64,000 bases of DNA from Eledone cirrhosa (lineage: Eukaryota), in contig OZ024750.1 in assembly GCA_964016885.1 (NCBI GenBank), positions 46,066,001 to 46,130,000 of the forward strand, given 5' to 3'. Of the stretch, positions 58,373 through 64,000 are shown in pieces. Both the position numbers and the translations under genes were made by a program. Numbering within the stretch: the stretch's first letter is position 1; each line of letters begins with the position of its first letter. A model generated the notes under the pieces. It searched no databases, was not told the origin of the DNA, and was given only the letters and a program-made list of their open reading frames with translations.

Positions 58373-61320
58373 TATCGTTGTTGTTATCGTGGTTGTTATT
58401 GTTGTTGTTATCGTTGTTGTTATCGTGGTTGTTATTGTTGTTTTTATTGTTGTTGTTATTGTTGTTGTTATTGTTGTTGTTATCGTGGTTGTTATCGTTG
58501 TTGTTATCGTTGTTGTTATTGTTGTTGTTATCGTTGTTGTTATCGTGGTTGTTATCGTGGTTGTTATCGTTGTTGTTATCGTTGTTGTTATTGTTGTTGT
58601 TATTGTTGTTGTCATCGTGGTTGTTATCGTTGTTGTTATCGTTGTTGTTATCGTTGTTGTTATCGTTGTTGTTATCGTTGTTGTTATTGTTGTTGTTATC
58701 GTGGTTGTTATTGTTGTTGTTATCGTTGTTGTTATTGTTGTTGTTATTGTGGTTGTTATCGTGGTTTTTATCGTTGTTGTTATTGTGGTTGTTATCGTTG
58801 TTGTTATCGTGGTGGTTGTTGTTGTTGTTATCGTTGTTGTTATCGTTGTTGTTATCGTGGTTGTTATCGTTGTTGTTATCGTTGTTGTTATCGTTGTTGT
58901 TATCGTGGTTGTTATCGTGGTTGTTATCGTGGTTGTTATCGTGGTTGTTATCGTTGTTGTTATTGTTGTTGTTATCGTGGTTGTTATCGTTGTTGTTATT
59001 GTTGTTGTTATTGTTGTTGTTATCATTGTTGTTATCGTGGTTGTTATTGTTGTTGTTATCGTGGTTGTTATTGTTGTTGTTATCGTTGTTGTTATTGTGG
59101 TTGTTATCGTGGTTGTTATCGTGGTTGTTATCGTTGTTGTTATCGTGGTTGTTATCGTTGTTGTTATTGTTGTTGTTATCGTGGTTGTTATCGTTATTGT
59201 TATTTTTGTTGTTATCGTGGTTGTTATTGTTGTTCTTATCGTTGTTGTTATTGTTGTTGTTATTGCTGTTGTTATCGTTGTTGTTATCGTGGTTGTTATC
59301 GTGGTTGTTATCGTGGTTGTTATCGTTGTTGTTATCGTTGTTGTTATTGTTGTTGTTATCGTGGTTGTTATCGTTGCTGTTATCGTGGTTGTTATCGTTG
59401 TTTATATCGTTGTTGTTATTGTTGTTGTTATTGTTGTTTTTATCGTGGTTGTTATCGTTGTTGTTATCGTGGTTGTTATCGTTGTTTTTATCGTTGTTGT
59501 TATCGTTGTTGTTATTGTTGTTGTTATCGTTGTTGTTATCGTTGTTGTTATCGTTGTTGTTATTGTTGTTGTTATTGTGGTTGTTATCGTGGTTGTTATC
59601 GTTGTTGTTATTGTGGTTGTTATCGTTGTTGTTATCGTGGTTGTTGTTGTTGTTGTTATCGTTGTTGTTATCGTTGTTGTTATCGTGGTTGTTATCGTTG
59701 TTGTTATTGTTGTTGTTATCGTTGTTGTTATCGTTGTTGTTATCGTGGTTGTTATCGTGGTTGTTATCGTGGTTGTTATCGCTGTTGTTATTGTTGTTGT
59801 TATCGTCGTTGTTATCGTTGTTGTTATCGTTGTTGTTATTGTTGTTGTTATCGTTGTTGTTATTGTGGTTGTTATCGTGGTTGTTGTTGTTGTTATCGTT
59901 GTTGTTATTGTGCTTGTTAGCGTGGTTGTTATCGTTGTTGTTATTGTTGTTGTTATCGTTGTTGTTATCGTGGTTGTTATTGTTGTTGTTATCGTGGTTG
60001 TTATTGTTGTTGTTATCGTTGTTGTTATTGTGGTTGTTATCGTGGTTCTTATTGTTGTTGTTATCGTTGTTGTTATTGTGGTTGTTATCGTGGTTGTTAT
60101 TGTTGTTGTTATCGTTGTTGTTATTGTGGTTGTTATCGTGGTTGTTATTGTTGTTGTTATCGTTGTTGTTATCGTTGTTGTTATCGTTGTTGTTATTGTT
60201 GTTGTTATTGTTGTTGTTATTGTTGTTGTTATTGTTGTTGTTATCGTTGTTGTTATTGTTGTTGTTATCGTTGTTGTTATCGTTGTTGTTATCGGTGTTG
60301 TTATTGTTGTTGTTATCGTTGTTGTTATCGTTGTTGTTATTGTTGTTGTTATCGTTGTTGTTATCGTTGTTGTTATTGTTGTTGTTATTGTTGTTGTTAT
60401 TGTTGTTGTTATTGCTGTTGTTATCTTTGTTGTTATTGTTGTTGTTATCGTTGTTGTTATTGTTGTTGTTATTGTTGTTGTTATCGTTGTTGTTGTTATC
60501 GTTGTTGTTATTGTTGTTGTTATTGTTGTTGTTATCGTTGTTGTTATTGTTGTTGTTATCGTTGTTGTTATTGTTGTTCTTATCGTTGTTGTTATCGTTG
60601 TTGTTATTGTTGTTGTTATCGTTGTTGTTATCGTTGTTGTTATTGTTTTTGTTATTGTTGTTGTTATTGTTGTTGTTATTGTTGTTGTTATCGTTGTTGT
60701 TACCGTGGTTGTTATTGTTGTTGTTATTGTTGCTGTCCAACTATAACAGTAGTTGTCCTTCTGTACCGTTTGTTGCTTTGTTACATATTGTTGTTGTTGT
60801 TGTGGTGCTGGTGACGGTTGCTGTTGTTGTTGTTGTTGTGGTAATGGTGATGATGGTTGCTGTTGTTGTTGTTGTGGTGGTGACGATTCCTGTTGTTGTT
60901 GTTGTTGTTGTGGTGGTGGTGACGGTTGTTGTTTTTGTGGTAGTGGTGCTGACGGTTGCTGTTGTTGTTCTTGTTGTGGTGGTGGTGGTGGTGACGGTTG
61001 CTGTTGTTGTTGTGGTGATGGTGGTGATGGTTGCTGTTGTTGTTGTTGTTGGTAGTGGTGACGGTTGCTGTTGTTGTTGTGGTGGTGGTGGTGAAGGAGG
61101 TTGCTGTTGTGGTGGTGGTGTTGACGGTTGCTGTTGTTGTTGTGGTGATGGTGGTGATGGTTGCTGTTGTTGTTGTTGTGGTGGTGACGGTTGCTGTTGT
61201 TGTTGTGGTGGTGGTGGTGACGGTTGTTGTTGTTGTGGTGGTGGTGGTGACGGTTGGTGTTGTTGTTGTTGTTGTTGTGGTGGTGGTGGTGGTGACAGTT
61301 GCTGTTGTTGTTGTTGATGT
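58373..61320. repeat. (GTT)-derived 12-bp minisatellite (TTGTTATCGTKG) to ~60735, then degenerate (GTT/GGT)n
   Basis: Direct reading. Confidence 0.95.
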
Positions 61321-61403
61321 CATTGTCAGTACTTGTCTATTGTCTTAGTGGCTCTCTTGTAATATTTCGATTGGCATCACCTATTTAATGTTCCTATACA
61401 CAT

Positions 61404-61545
<142 letters not shown>

Positions 61546-61594
61546 TGTGTGTGTGTATTTATATATGTATATATATATACATATATATATACGA

Positions 61595-61664
<70 letters not shown>

Positions 61665-61797
61665 ATATATATGTATATATTATATATATACACACACACA
61701 CATATATATATATACACATGTATATTCTCAAATATATATATACACATGTATTTACATATATATATATACATAGATTTTTATATGTGTATATATATAT

Positions 61798-61839
<42 letters not shown>

Positions 61840-62094
61840 GTACATATATATATTTATATATATATATATATATATAGATAGATAGATAGATAGATAGATA
61901 CATATACATACGTAGATATAAATGCAAATATCTGTATATATATATACACACATATACGTAGCTTTGAGCATGGGTGCGTTAGTGTGCCTTGGTATGCGTG
62001 GGTATTTATATGGATGTGAATCATTTGGTGTGTATATGTGTACATGTGAGTGTATGTATGTGTTTGAGTGTGTGTGTATGGGTGTTTGATTGCT

Positions 62095-62139
<45 letters not shown>

Positions 62140-62369
62140 ATCTGTGTATGGGTGCTTGTCTCTCTGCGCATTGCTTCAATATATTTCTTAATGGTTTTTC
62201 TCAAACTTTTCCCCACTTCCCATTAAATGGACATCAATGAGCTTTTAATTGTCGGTTTTATAAAACATCAATTCAATTAGACAGATTGAAATCAATTGGT
62301 TTTATATGGGAATACTGATGAAGAAAAACGTACTTCATGCACGCGTGTGCCCCGTCACATACACACATG

Positions 62370-63610
62370 TACATATATCTACTGAGACAACCTCACACAT
62401 ACATTGACACATAGATATATCTACTGAGACATCCTCACACATACACATATATACACATACATATATCTACTGACACATCCTCACATATATACACATACAT
62501 ATATCTACTGACACATCCTTATACATACACACATATATATATATATTGAGACATCCTTATACATAAACACATACATATATCTACTGAGGCATCCTCACAC
62601 ATAAACACATACATATATCTACTGACACATCCTTATACATACACACATATATATATATCTACTGAGGCATCCTCACACATAAACACATACATATATCAAC
62701 TGACACATCCTCACACATAAACACATACATATATCTACTGAGACATCCTCACACATACACACATAAATATATCTACTAAGACATCCTTACATATATACAC
62801 ATAGATATATCTACTGACACATCCTTACACATACACACACATACATATATCTACTGAGACATCTTTACACATATACATATATCTACTGACACATCCTTAC
62901 ACATACATAAACACATACATAAACACATACATACATCTACTGACACATCCTCATACATACACATATCTACTGACACATCCTTATACATAAACACATACAT
63001 ATATCTACTGACACATCCTTATACATACACACACATACATATATCTACTGACACATCCTCATACATACACACATATATATATCTACTGACACAGCCTTAC
63101 ATATATACACATACATATATCTACTGACACATCCTTATACATAAACACATACATATATCTACTGACACATCCTTACACATACACATACATATATCTACTG
63201 ACACATCCTTTCATATACAGACACATACATATAACTACTGACACATCCTTACACATACACATATATATATATATATATCTACTGACACATCCTCACATAT
63301 ATACACATACATATATCTACTGACACATCCTTACATATACACACATACATATATCTACTGACACATCCTCATACATACACACATATATATATCTACTGAC
63401 ACAGCCTTACATATATACACACACATATACATATATATCTATTGACACATCCTCACATATATACATTTACATATATCTATTGACACAGCCTTACACATAC
63501 ACACACATACACATATCTACTGACACATCCTTATACATACACACACATACATATATCTACTGACACATCCTTACATACACACATTCATCTACTCACACAT
63601 CCTTACACAT
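62370..63610. repeat. Minisatellite with core ATCTACTGACACATCCT and variable CA/TA linkers
   Basis: ~30 core copies. Confidence 0.9.
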
Positions 63611-63698
63611 ACATGTCAATCTACATACGCGCATTCAGCAAATGTTTGCATGTGTTGTTGACACACACAGATATTTAGAATGATATACTGTGCATATA

Positions 63699-63765
<67 letters not shown>

Positions 63766-64000
63766 ATATATATATATAGAGAGAGAGGGGTGTATGTGTA
63801 TGCTTTAGTGTGTGGGCTCTTCCTGGTTGTGTATATATGTGTGTATATGTGTGTGTATAAATGTGAGTACATAGTGTGTGTAGATGTGTGTACATGTGTA
63901 TATATATGTGCATATATATGTGTGTACATGTGTATATATATGTGTATATATATATGTATATATATATATATGTGTATATATATATATGTATATATATGTG

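Noticed and set aside
57933-61317. Very long ORFs (935 aa poly-N/D, 989 aa poly-L) and the many poly-IY/CV/HT ORFs
   Set aside because: Translations of simple repeats that lack stop codons; no domain content.
62314-62340. CTGATGAAG motif
   Set aside because: Forms a simple hairpin with CTTCAT; no three-way junction.

Overview
Eukaryotic, AT-rich, repeat-saturated DNA with no confidently identifiable host gene. The abundant tRNA-derived SINE resembles octopod cephalopod SINEs (from memory, unverified). Most of the window is microsatellite or minisatellite, so nearly all long ORFs in the track are artefacts. The real coding remnants are retroelements: RTE-clade LINE fragments (7047-7722, 8050-9592, 21250-23469), a probable internally deleted RTE (10262-10641), two tandem Tx1/L1-type 3' fragments (49213-50870), an R4/Dong-type element in (TAA)n (50978-51856) and a Penelope-like element (PLE) with RT + GIY-YIG (40523-42438). 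The main signal is in the short islands between (TA)n tracts. Many are lopsided fold-back palindromes or partial tandem repeats carrying type I hammerhead ribozyme (HHR) motifs. I count about 20 motifs in about 8 sequence families, with palindromic helix III, compensatory base changes between copies, and two non-canonical cores (U3-A8 and A4). One family sits in the PLE 3' region; another forms a 422-bp retrozyme-like tandem with an octamer motif. All structures were read by eye: boundaries may be off by a few bases and ribozyme activity is untested.
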